From Raillietiella orientalis (Eukaryota): a stretch of 64,000 nt of DNA. Under the pieces are notes generated by a model. The model searched no databases and had not been told where the DNA came from. It saw only the letters and a list, made by a program, of their open reading frames with translations. The stretch's first letter is position 1. The number at the start of each line of letters is the position of its first letter. A program made the translations under genes and the position numbers. Where the stretch lies: assembly GCA_036172245.1 (NCBI GenBank), contig JAYWIR010000019.1, positions 868,001 through 932,000 on the forward strand, in the 5' to 3' direction. This document shows positions 38,030 through 50,000 of the stretch, piece by piece.

Positions 38030-39340
38030 TGTGCATTCAGGACTCGTAGCAGACACTCTCTGGAAACACTATCAGCCCCGCTTGGGAACAGACGACCCGT
38101 TAACGACAGGAAAGAGGCCCAGGGAAAATGGTCTTATGCCGCGAACGTCGGCTACACCAGCGGGGTCTTTGCAAAGCGGTTGCTCCCGATTTCTGCTTCG
38201 CCCACGTGGCTCTTTCCTCCCCTTAGCCCGCACTCCGTCCGCTGCCGAAGAGGGAAGAGATTTTGGGGACCTCACGAGCGTCTCGTTGCGGTCGTGTCCT
38301 GCGGCAAGGTCCAGGTCTCTGCCCTGACTGAAGGCAGGAAGAATGGCCGTCTGAGCGGAAGGCGCCGCAGCACTCTGCCGTCGAGGCCGGCTGACCCGGC
38401 GGCGCCACCCCCGTCCTCGTGGACTTCATGGGAGTAATTCTGTCCAGAGGCCGGTTGGGGACTCCTTTCGCAGCAGTCACCTTTCGAGCTGAGCAGTACG
38501 CAGACCGAATCCCATCCGTAACCTTATTGCCAAGACCACGCTGTGCTCTCCGCCCACCCGTGGCAGTATTGTCAAGCCCATCCACCAGGATCCTGCGGGT
38601 GCGGAAGAGCGTCTCCGAGGAGCAAGCAAAGGAACGACGCGGCATCTCCACGGTTGGCGCTCTGCCAAGTTGAGACGGCGTCGGAGCGGATAAGCTCCAT
38701 CGAGTGGAAGAGGATGCTGGATCCGATGGAAGGCGGAGGTCCGCACCTCGGGTAGTCATCTCAAGAGGGCGGCCGTACCCAAGAGGTCGCTTGCGGTTTC
38801 GTTTTCGCCCATCGCTCACAACAAGGCTGGGGTCATAGGGCGAGAAGAACCCCTGAGGGATGGCGGCTGCACCCGTCTGAACGTCATGGAGACCCAAGGG
38901 TTGTGTCGACCCGAAGATCGAGTCGAAGAGCGGTCGGGGGCCAGACGGCGTCGAGGAGAGTGCTTAAACACAAAGGTCGCACACCGGCAACAGTGGTGGT
39001 GCCGATGCGACCTTTGCGCGAACACTTCTGGAGCTGACCGAACAGGCAGGAGATTCGCAGCAACGCTGCCAAAGGCGGTCTGAGGCGGAAGCCCGATCGA
39101 ACCTTGCAAAGGACATTGGAAGACAGGAGTTCGGCTGGAAGGCCATCAGCTGCTAGGAGTCGCGCTTCGGTCTCTACGGAAAGGGAGGCTCTCAGGTGCC
39201 AGCCTTCAGGATGCTCGTCAGAAGGGCTCATCTCCCCGCTTCCGGCCGAAGCCGACCTTCCCGCCAGGCAAAGGTGGCAAAGGTGCTGCTTTGCCGCCTT
39301 CTCCTCCCATCGACTCGCCACCCACCACTGCGGCGGAAAA
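38030..39340 (-). mobile_element. Degenerate R1-like non-LTR element (RT and downstream region)
   Basis: QGSIGLP (~QGSVLGP), RPLGYG (~KYLG) and AQR...IRSAYCSA...PLDRI (~AYRTVS..A..AG..PLDL). Confidence 0.55.
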
Positions 39341-42069
39341 GCAAGCGCGGAGTCTCTCCTCAAAAATAAAAAAAAAAAACTTTGCACAGAGGGGGGATGC
39401 AAAATCGGAGACAGCGGCCGCAAAAGAGAAAGGTGCGACCAGTCACAGCAACGTGGAGAGCACGCACGTCATCGCGTTTACCTGTTTTCCCGGACGCGCC
39501 CAGTCCACGGCGATGACGCCATTCTGCGGAGGCGCACGCGATGACGTCAGGCGCGCGCGCGCGAGAACGTCGCCACCGCGCTTTTTCCTGTTTTCAACCC
39601 AATCCCAAACAACGAAGAGAAAGGGAAAAAAAGAGAAAGCCGTGATTTTTATATGATTTTAAAAATCATCCCGATGCTGGTTTAGCCATGACTCCGACGA
39701 GTGTCTCCTTTTTCGATCCTCACTACGCCAGCAGCAGCAGCGGCTCCCCGACCCTTTCCGGCGCTGCGCGCGACGTGCTCGATTTCGCTTCCGAGCGCAC
39801 CGCCGCGAGGCGCTGCCCGCGCACGAAGGCTTTCGGGAACGGCGGGCCGCGAAGTCTCCAGGGACGTTCCACCGGGAGAGCGGCGCCGTGGCGGGCGTGA
39901 CGGCAGAGGTGGTGAGTCAGAGGGTCCGCGGCGGCGAAGCCCAAGTGCCGCCAGAAAGGCGGCGAAATGCGGGTTGCCGCCAGATGACTCTGCGTTGGCC
40001 TCGCGCGCGTCCGTTGGCTGCCCGCAGCCAGCAATCAATATGGTCCAAGCAATCATTACGGATGCGAGGCGCAAATCACGAACGCACGCGTGGGCGCGCC
40101 TTACGAGTGAGCATGCAAATGAAGCGAGCGAAATCGAAGGGCGAATGCGAAATCGTAAAGGGTTGGGAACGCACACGCGGTGGCGCAGGTGCCGAATGAC
40201 GTGCACGCGTGCAGAAGGCAAGCTGCACGCGTGTGCGCGCGCATCTCCCTCCCACGCGCGCAGCCCCGGCATTACAGGTGGGCTCCCCGGTTACTCGGCA
40301 CGCTCCGGGGGATGCATCCGAAACGAGAGCGCGAGGCTGCAGGAAATCTTCCCGGAGGAACGGCGCATCCGGCGACGCTGCTGGACGGATCCGGTCGTCC
40401 GGGATTCCGCTTCCTTTCGCTTCCCGGCTCGCTTGGTTGCTCCCGTAACGTGCAGGCATAAATTCATGATCCCGCGTTACGTGCAGGGACAGCGCGGTGC
40501 GTGCGATTTCCTTTGCTGTGCACACCTACCTACGCTCAGGTCGGCCATGCGCGTGGGAGGTTGGGAGGGCGCTCTCGTCCACGTGGACACGGTGTCCTCA
40601 GGTCAACTCCTGCTGATGCTGATGCACGTGCCTCTTTCATGTTGTCGCGAAAGGTGGCAAAAGGAGCCACGGCGGCCACGAGGCTTTTCCTGAACCTCCA
40701 ACCCCATCTCCACCCTGCGCCGCTGTTTCTCGCAACACTCGTCTCGAGGATCCACAAATCGGTTCCCAACAATGGCCGCCGCCAAGGGGGCGTGGAACGG
40801 CGGCTTCGTTGGAAATCATTGGTGCTCGTCGCTCCCAACAATCACTTTCGTTTTTCTCCCTCGCAACAGTGACGCGAGGGAGAGCGCGCTTTGTTAAAAA
40901 TCGTCATTGCTCATCGCTCAGCACAACAATGGGAACGTTCCTCCTGGTCACAGCCCGCATCCGCCGTTTGCCCTCCGAAACGATCCAGAGCTGCCAGGTC
41001 ACCGCTGCGGGGTGGGTGCAGGCTGCAAAGAGCACGGAGAGCTCACGTGCCCTGGGGGGACTCCACGTGTGCCGTGCTACCTACCGGTCGGCGCGCGCTC
41101 TCCCACGGAGGGCGCTTTTTGCTGCCGTCTGCCGGACCCTCGGAAGCAAAAGGTGGAAGGAATGCGAAGGCGGGGAAGCGGGCGACGGGCAGGAATCAGC
41201 TGCAGAAGTCACGTGACACTCCCCTCCCCCCTTTCCTTGGTGCCCTTTCCAAGTGAGGTCGTCGTCGCCGAGGGAACGCCGGTCGGCGCAGAGCTTCTCC
41301 GTGGCTTCCGCGAGGGCGGACCGTACGGCCTCCGCTGGCGACGCTGCAGAGGAGAGGACGAAAACCGAGGGACACTGGAGGAAGGAAGCTGCGGTGGAGG
41401 GTCCGGCGGAACCTCCGAGGGAAGAGGGGGGGGTCCTGGAGGTCGAGTGGTCCTGTTCCATCCAGGTGGCTCTCTTTCCTCCCTGCGCAGCGCCCTCCAG
41501 ATCCGCGACCGGAAAAGGGAGGTCGAAGGGGAGAAAGGAGGAGGAGGAGGCTCGCTGCTACGGCTCTCAACATCCAGAACTCGTCCATTTCCCGTGGCTG
41601 CATGCGCTGTCTCTTTGAGGGTGGAGAAGGGGAAGAGGAGGAAGATGGTAAGGGGCTTAGGGCGAGCAGGAGAGATAGGTCCTCTGGATGGAGGTCGACC
41701 ACTGGAAGATCGTCTCCGGCTGCCCCTCGACGCTGGTTCCCTCCCCCCTTGCTTTTCCACTGCCCGCGGTCGTCCCCGGGGCAGGGGAGCGGCCTCCTTG
41801 GCACCAGGGGAAGGCGGGAGCGGGCGTCGCAGTCGGGAGATCCTCGACCGTCCCTCCGGGAGTAGCCGCGCCTTTCCCGGGAAGAGCTTCCTCGGCGTGG
41901 AGCGCCACGCCCCCGAGTATCGACCCGGGAGATACGGGGTGAGGAGGGAGGGGAGTAGGCAGAACGCCTGGCGAGAAGAGGCGGCGGAGCAGAAGAGGCG
42001 GCGGCGGCGCGCCGACGTGACCCCCCGTGGCCGCTGCGCTCTCCGTACCCCCCAGGGTGGGCTTCGGCG

Positions 42070-43088
42070 ATGGGCAACAAGGTAGCGACCTTCCGGGAGG
42101 AGCAGCTCGACGACTATCAGGTTTGGGGGCTTCTCGAGGGCCGGGAGGCGTCTTCGGGGGCAATAGACGTCCTGCTGCGTTCCAGGACTGCACCTACTTC
42201 ACACGGAAGGAGATCCTCAGGTAAGGGTGGAGCCCCTCGGCCCCCCCATCCCCACCCTACCCTACCTGTCGCCTCCGCCCTTTGGAGCCGACGGACCCTT
42301 CCCCTCAGGGTGTACAGGAGGTTTCGGGAGCTGGACGCGGCCCGCGTGCCGCTGACCATGTCGGACGAGGCGGCGAACTCTGTCTCCGTGCCTGCAGGCG
42401 TCATCGAGAGGCTGCCTGAGCTGCGCGTGAGCACGCGGCGGGGAAAGCGGGATCACCCGGGAGCATCCACCCCTCCACACCCCGTCTCCAGGAGAACCCC
42501 TTCCGCAGGAGGATCCTCCGGGTCTTCTCGCGCGACGGCAGCGGCGACCTGACCTTTAACGACTTCCTCAACATGTTCTCCGTGTTCAGCGAGAGGGCAC
42601 CCCGGGAGCTCAAGTCGATCTACGCCTTCCGCATATACGGTGAGGAGGAGGGGGCCGCCCCCAGCGGGAAGGGACCGGCGGATCGATGCTTCCCCCCGGA
42701 AGACCGCCTCCACCTCACGGGAATTCCTGGAGGCGGGAGGGCGCACGCGCCGCCGGCCCCCGATCGATCCCGCGGAGTCCCGGCAGATCCGCGGCTCGTC
42801 TCCCGGGAAAAGGGGGGCGATCGGAAGGAACGCCCCCCTTCCCTTCCCCCTGACTCCTCGCGCCTTCCAGACTTCAACGACGACGACTTTCTCTCGCCGC
42901 CGGACCTGCTGGAGTGTCTGAGGCTGCTCACAGGCGGGGCTCTGACCCCGCAGGAAGCCGCCACCGTCTGTGAGAAGATCATCGAGGAGACGGACATCGA
43001 CGACGACGGGAAGCTGAGCTTCATGGAGTTCGACCACGTCATCTCCAGGTCCACCGACTTCCTCGCCAACTTCCACATCCGCATCTGA
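42070..43088 (+). CDS. Calcium and integrin-binding family protein (CIB2/CIB3-like, EF-hand, N-myristoylation-type MGNK start)
   Basis: Exons 42070-42120, 42186-42220, 42309-42426, 42492-42639 and 42871-43088. They give [29 protein letters not shown]...ELRENPFRRRI...[46 protein letters not shown]...ETDIDDDGKLSFMEFDHVISRSTDFLANFHIRI. Confidence 0.95.
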
Positions 43089-43113
43089 GCGGTGGGGGCG
43101 GCGCCCGCGCGAC

Positions 43114-43119
43114 AATAAA
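43114..43119 (+). promoter_or_regulatory. Polyadenylation signal of the CIB gene
   Basis: AATAAA 25 nt after the stop, in otherwise GC-rich DNA. Confidence 0.7.
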
Positions 43120-43399
43120 CGCGTTCTCCCACGTCTGCTTCGGCCCTTCTCCACGGAGGGACTCCCTGGCCCCAGGGACTCAGAGAGGCAGCCATGGTGA
43201 CCACGGTCCTCCAGGGGAGGAGAGAGTGAAGAGGAAGAGCAAGGGAATGGGGAAATGAGGAAAGGGGAGGGAGAGGAGATGGAGAAGAGAAGGAGGAAGT
43301 GAGGCCACTTCGGGAAAGAGCGCTTTGGGCGACGTGCAAAACCACACCGGCAGTAGGCGCTTCGCATCACATGGGGTTCGGGTCGACCTGCGTCCCTGC

Positions 43400-44200
43400 G
43401 CGCGAGTCACTGCCTCTTTCATGGCTGCCGCGACGAGTAGGGGCGCGGAAGAGGATTGACAGGAAGAGGCTGTCGCGTGGGGACCACCACTTGCCTCTCG
43501 GGAACCGCGGGTGGAGGTCGCACGTGGAGGTCAAAAGGCGTTCCGGGCCGGGCAAGCATGAAACACCGCCTTTGTTCCAGGGTGTAGCTGGACGCACCAC
43601 GGATGCCTCTGCCGGTCGCCTTGGCCGCCGCAGGAGCGACGACCGAGGTAACCATCCCCTTCTTCCGTAATCATATCCCTTCCCCTTACCCTCACCCCCG
43701 CCCGCTGAGTCACCACGCGGTCTTCGCCTCCCTGCAACCCCCATGGGCTCGGAATGCACGGGAAATCATCCCGTAACCTCACCGAGCACTGCCCGTGGCG
43801 AAGAGAATGAGCCACTCGATCTCCAAGGAAACGCGTGATGGCTGGACGCGGTTCCAGTGGGAGGTGCTGCGATGCGCGCCACTCCCCTGCTGTTCCCTCG
43901 GCTGCAGGGAGCACTGGCACGGGGAGCACCCGGAACACGGAGGATCGCGAAGTTGCGGCCGTTTTTTTGACGACTGCCGCAGCAGGCGGATGCGCTCCCA
44001 TCTTCCACCGCAGGAGGAAGTCTCGACTGGGCATGGAAGAGGGGGACCTGTGTGAGAGCCCTGCTCCGACAAACGCAACCCACTTTTGAACCTCGCGGGC
44101 AATAAGGCAGTGGGCCGCCGCTGGAAAGGCAAAAGGCTCGACCCTCCGCGGTTGGCCCACGAGAAGGGCAGACCGCGCAGCTCTCGCGAGGTCGGAAGAG
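43400..44200 (-). mobile_element. Degenerate Tx1-like ORF2 C-terminus (zf-RVT region) and 3' UTR
   Basis: RDFLLRWKMGAHP...QHLPLE...RFLG resembles the zf-RVT layout. Confidence 0.4.
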
Positions 44201-44289
44201 CGGGACATCTTAGGAGTCTGCCCCCGTCAGAGGCACCCGCCCGTCCCCCTCCGTCTCCATGGCTCCCGACGCCGGAGCCGAGTTCTCTA

Positions 44290-46330
44290 CATCCAGCTTG
44301 CCTGCCGGATGCGCAGGACGAGTCCCCATGGCGACTCCGCGGAACACACGCACCGGAGCCCGCCTTCGCCCACGTTCGCGAGGAACGCGCTCAGCAGCGG
44401 GGGACCCGCCTATCACGCAGCCGCGGGCCAGGTCTGCCCTCACGTTCCCGCCCGGATGCACTGAAGTCGCTGCCGCCGCCACGGGAATCGGCGAGCTTCC
44501 CCGCCGGCCTCCGAATGGGAACGCCCGGAAGCAGCGACCGCCGGCTGGACGCCCGCACCTTCCTGCAGGGGCACGTCGACCCGTCCCGACAGCAGCGACG
44601 ACGGTGCCTCTGGGGCGAAGGCGTCTGTGTCAACTGTCGGCGCTGTTGCCTCTGGGACCCGCGGGGGCGGATCCGCTCGTTCGGAAATCCCGTGGGGACC
44701 CTCCGCTTCCCGATCGGCGCCATCTCCACCCCCGCCTTTGCATCTCGCTGACCGGGGTGCGGGCGGAGGAAGGTCACCGCTCCCCAGCGGGGGCAGCGCC
44801 CGATGAGTGCTTCCTCTGAGTCATCCTGGCAACCCTGCCGCACGCCTTCCTCTCCCACGGAAGGCAGTTTCGGGAAAGCAGACCCTTGGCAGGGGCTCAC
44901 GGGCTCGCCGCTGCTGCCCCGCGCCCGCGGGACCAGCGCGGAGCCGGTCGGTCATCTTTGGTATCCGTTGGCAACTGCGCATCCGGGGCGCATAGGACAT
45001 CGAGATGTCCCGATCCGCGGAGGACGGGACGCGGCGGGTTCTTCAGGAGATAGTGGGTCAATGGGCTCGGACCCTCTGGGTCCTGGCCGGCGAGGGTTAG
45101 CCTCGCCGTAGGGCCGGCTTGCAGCAGGGGCGTCGGAGTGGGCGCGGCTGACCGCGACACGACCTCTCCGGCAGTGGGGAAGGAGTGGCAGGGACACGCA
45201 GGCGTCCCTCGCCCATTTCCATGGAGGATAAGGTCAGGATAGGCGACCGGCTCGCCGACCTGCCTCTCGAGGGACGAGCTGCCGCCCCTGCAAGCGGCGG
45301 CGGGTCCGGTCGTTTCGGAGGTGCGGTTGAGTCCGGCAGCGGTTACCTGGTCAGCAGGAGCGCCGCCCCGGGAGGGGTCTCGACCGGTCCTCGCCGCCAG
45401 CGCTTCGACGGAGAGGTGGGAAGGGGGAGGGGTAGCATCCTCTGCCTTTCCGGGATGCCTCTGAAGAAACCGAAGGGCGGGATGGGCTTTACGCTGCCGT
45501 TTGCGTAGGGCCCTTTTAGCTAATCCCCGGGCCGCTCTCTGTTTCCCACGCTCCGCGCGAATGTCCGTGGGGTTCCCGAGGTTACTGTGGGCTGCCAAAG
45601 AAGGCGCTGCGTCTCCACCTTCCGCAAATAGGGTCCATGGGAAGGATGCTGCGTTTGCGTTCCAGGAGAGATGTATCGGAGGGGTCCTCCCCGGACCGCT
45701 TACTGGGAGAACGATGCTCCTGAAGAGAAAAGCAGTCGGTAGCGCAGTCGGACTGCGACACCATGGCAACCCTTCCGCCGCAGCTGAAGAGAGGCGGGGG
45801 AGGGTCTCAGGTCGCAGGAAGAACCCCCAGCGAGCCTGGGAGAGCGTCCCCCGCTTCTCCCGAGATCCAGCGGGAGGGAACGGTAGCCCATGGAACTCGC
45901 ATCCATCTTTCTCTTGAGGACTTCACGTTGACCGGTGACCGAGCTGACCCTCCGGCCGGCGTGAAAGCGCGAGGCGGACAGCCACTTGACCTAGAAAGGG
46001 CTAAGCCAGTCACTTCCGGAGCGCTGGTCGGCAGAGCATCCTGGATGTTGCGCGCGCCCGGGTCGCGAGGGGAGTCGGCGGGTGCTGCTGCTTCAGGGTG
46101 GATGCCCTCGGTCTGCAGGGCAGGGAGGGGGGTGAGAGTCCTCTCCCCTTTGAACCGCGAGGGAGACTTATCGAGAAGCCTCCGCTCGTGGATAGGGGGA
46201 GACGAGCGACCTGCCAGCGTGCGGCGGACGTCCGCCGGCAGGCGGCCGAAGATGCGGCGACCTCCGGAGCAGGGAAAACGCGCGGATTGTGCGACCCGCA
46301 CTCCTCCCTTTCACGAGGCGGCGGTCGTGT
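44290..46330 (-). mobile_element. Degenerate R1-like non-LTR retrotransposon (RT to 3' UTR)
   Basis: Motifs in order: SPPI..RLLD (~RPICLLD), PGARNIQDAL (~GFRPGRSTEDA), (P)QGS.LG, NLG, RTSETT.AA..GG..SL, and C..CPRW. The 3' 800 bp are duplicated at 26481-27282. Confidence 0.65.
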
Positions 46331-46379
46331 AGGTCGTTCGAGGACTCCACCCGGCAGGATGGGGGGTTTAGGATTCCGG

Positions 46380-46550
46380 CAGAGGAGAGGAGGAGGAAGA
46401 GAGATGGAGGAGAAAAAAAGGAGGAGGACGGGATGAGGGGAAGAAGAGGAAGGGAGGAGAAGGGGGAAGAAAGGAGAAAGGGAGGTGGAGGGAGAGAAGG
46501 AAGAGAGGAGGAAGAGGAAGGGAAGAAGAGGAAAGGAGGAGGAGGAGGAA
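46380..46550. repeat. Polypurine (GGA/GAA) low-complexity tract upstream of TPH
   Basis: Almost exclusively A and G on the + strand. Confidence 0.9.
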
Positions 46551-47066
46551 TCATGGATGGGTCTTTTTGCTACGCTTCCTCCGCCTCCTCCTGCCGGAAT
46601 CGGTCGTAACCCTCCGATTGCATATCAGGAGAGTTCAATTCCCGGTTCGAGAGGGCTCAGCATCCTCCCGTGCAGATACGGCGAAGAGGAAAGCTGGATT
46701 CAGCCATGTGAGTAGGCGCAGGAGAGCGGCGTCCGCCCACCCTCCCTTTTTGTTTCTCTTTTTTTGTCTTTCTGGAGAGGTCCAGTACCAAAATAACATC
46801 CGCTAACAATGCGGCCTCTCTCCCGCCGTCTTCCCCGCCTCTCTCCCGGTTTATCTCCGGAAGGAACCGGAATCCGTAATGTGTTCCCGTAATTATTCAT
46901 CCCGCTCTGCTCGTGGCACCTCTATAAAGCCAATTAATCAATGGGCCGGGATTCGATTGGTCGATGGACTGGAACCTTTTTCTCCCCAAAACCGTGCCCG
47001 ACCACTGATAACGCTCTCTGCTCCTGGAGCCGTGTTCCCATCCAGGACTGATTCCGGTTCAGGATT

Positions 47067-50000
47067 ATGAGTGGCTCGGGAAAAAGTCTGATCGGCCTGT
47101 GGTTGTACCACTCCGGAGAAAACTGGACCGTCAGGGAAGGGGTCAGCGAAGCAGATCCGGCAAGTATTCACTTCCGTGAATCCTCAAGTGTTTCGGACCA
47201 GTTTGCTCCTTCCGGAAGCTGGCGCACGCTGACGCTGCTATCGAACTGCCGGCCATCGCAGGATGGGCCTTCTCCCTCTCCCCCACTCCCCCTCCTCCTT
47301 CTCCACCTCCTACCCTTCCTTTGCTTCGCTTCGAACTGCGGGGTGACGATCGAGGCGGGGAAAAAAAAAAAAAAAAACAGTTGGACGACGGAGCCCCTCA
47401 GGCTAGTGAGTGAGGGCACCTTACGACTCGCGGAGAGCCTGGAGGCCACATGTCCGGATGGATAGTCGTACCGCCCTCCTCGCCTCCCTCCCGCCCCTCT
47501 TCCCCCTCTTCCGAGGGAGGCTCCGCACGGAGAGAGCGCGAGGAGTGCATACATCCAGCAGATACACGCGTGCAGGCCGGAAAAGTCCGGTGTTTCCCGG
47601 CGGCGAGCCGGTCCGTAGATCGCCTGTTGCGGGGGATGCCCTGCTCTGGATCGGGCTCCCCTGGCTCGGGAGCGCTTCTTCCCAGCAGACGATCCCGTTT
47701 TTCTAAAGAGAAAGATCCGGGCGGTGTCGCTGAGATTCGACGCGTCAGCGCCGTGCTGCATTTCCAAGCGCGTGGCTGTGAGCAGCTTCCTTCGTCCATC
47801 TTGCGCGCTGCGCTCACGGAGGACGCGCTTCATGCGCGCCCTCCGTGATGAGTCGCGCGCGCGCCTCACAACGGTGAGCGAGCTGTTTCTGGAGCCCGCG
47901 TTAGCTGACCGTTCGATTTCGGCATTCTGACGGTGGGCCCCGTGTCCCTGATCGAGCAGAATTGTCATGGTCGCCTCCACCATTCTCGCGTTCTCCCCCG
48001 TTGTCGAACTCGTCGTTGCGAGGCAACGGCGTTGCGACTTTCTTGAGCCGCCTAGGCGCCTTCCCTGATCCTCGTCCTGGAAAGCGCGTTCCGAAGCGAA
48101 ATCCTCCAGGCGCAACATTCCGAAGAGACGCACCGCTGCCAGAAGGGCGCTCGTGTCTCTGCAAGGCCTCGGAACAGGCAGACGGTTCTCGTTGAGAGAG
48201 ATGCTTGCCGGAGTCCGTCAGATGTACCATTCATCGTCAAGGGGGTGAAAGTACGGAGGGAAGCAAGCCACCGGAATGCGATTATCCTCCCCACTTTCCT
48301 GGAGTGCACAAGTGCATCAGTAATTGCGTTGCGAAAACCGGGATCGGGTCAGGAGTGAGAACGATGTCCTGACTCGCTGCTTGACGCGGTGTGAACTTGG
48401 GGGAGTGCCGGAAGCACAGCAGGAGCGGCCTCTGATGAGCACTCAGAAGTAAGAAATTTTTCCCGTCATTGGAAAGAGAATAGGGGTGGACTGGGACTTG
48501 ACAGCGACTTGTTAGGGGACCTGAGGACCATGCGCGAAGAGCAGGGGGCCGCCTTTCGAGATGGTTCTTTGTTTCTTTTAGAAAAGCACGAATGATAATA
48601 AAAGAGTGCCTGCGCACCGTTTCGGCGCAAGTGGGCTGACCACGATTTTCTCCAAGCAAAGAGCCGGAACACCGCACTGGGGAAAAAAAAAACTCTTGTG
48701 CGCTTCGCTGGAGCGCGGTCCACCAAGAGTTGCCTTCCCGTTTGCGAGCCTTCTGCGAGACGAGACCGTTCCTGGAAGCGCAGCCAGGAAGGATGGGGTG
48801 CGCTTCTTCGTTTGTTGAAAACTCCCTGGAAGGTTAGCCATCGCGTGTCCGCATCGTGCAGGTGCCCGTGGGGCAGGCTCGCATCCTTCTCCCGGAAGCA
48901 AAGGAACAGAGGCGGAGGATGATTTCTGGGCCACGCTGCCGCCTTTTCGCTACTTCCTGGCTAAGCCCGCCCAATAAAGAGTCAATGAGAAAAGAGTTTG
49001 TGACAGATAGGAAAGAGCCAGTCACAGAGGAGGAGCTTCCAGAAAAGGGACGCAGGCTCTTTTTGTTGCGTACAAGAGCCAGCGGAACATCCTTGCCCAC
49101 CCACAGCTTCCCGTCGTCTTCCCTCTGCGCACCACGTAACACAGTTCGGCAAGCAAGGACTCCTCCACGCCGACGTCTTCCTCTTCCTTTCCCGAGGGTC
49201 CCACTGTCCGCATGCACGGGCGCCAACGTGCGACCCCGCTTCGCACTAACAGGTGGTGCCCCCGCAGCGACCGAGGAGCAGCTGCGCAGGATTCGGGAGG
49301 AGGTGCAGGCCCGCCTGGCCCTGCCGACCGGAAGGGAATCCGTCGTTTGCTGTCTTCCCCGGGAGCGGCGGCGGCGGCGAACGATGTCTGGCGGGGAAGA
49401 CCCGGGCGCAATCTCGCGCGCATCCACCGCCCTGCCCCGCCCGCGTTTTCGGCTCAGCTCCGAGGCGTCGCACGCGTGGCGTCCTCAAGCCTGAGGGGAG
49501 CTGCAAGCCGCGGAGTCAGCAAGTCCCGCAAACAGATCCTTCCTCCTCTTCCCTTCCTTCCTTCCTCTTTTCCTCTTCCACCCTTCCTCCTCCTCCTCGT
49601 TTCCCCTTCCTCTTTTTCCCTTCCTTCCTCCCTCCTCTTCTCTTCCTTCCTCCTCCTTTCCTTCTTCTCCTCGCCGCCACTGTCGCAGCTTCTTGGTCCA
49701 ATATCAACAAAGCAAGCGAGGGAGCGTCCAGTTTCTTAGGACAGGCGTTATCTATGGCTGAAGTCTTCTCCGTTCCATCCCCATCTCATTCTTCCGGCCG
49801 TTCGGTAGAGGGCGCCGGCCAGAGGCAGGACTTTCGCGTTGCCTTGAGGGAGCGGAGGCTGGAGGTGCCGGCAGAGTGAAGGCGCCTGCAGGACGTCCTC
49901 TGCTAGCGCCTCAGGGAGGGATGGTCCACCTGGTCCTGGAGCAGGGGTGGCGGCCGCGCAGACAGCCACTCGCCCGCGTGGTCTCCGCTCCCTGCTGGCT

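Noticed and set aside
49244..49494. CACTAACAG-preceded exon-like segment ([15 protein letters not shown]) as an alternative TPH exon
   Set aside because: Its phase is incompatible with the flanking exons and there is no good donor. The motifs fit a decayed LINE endonuclease better.
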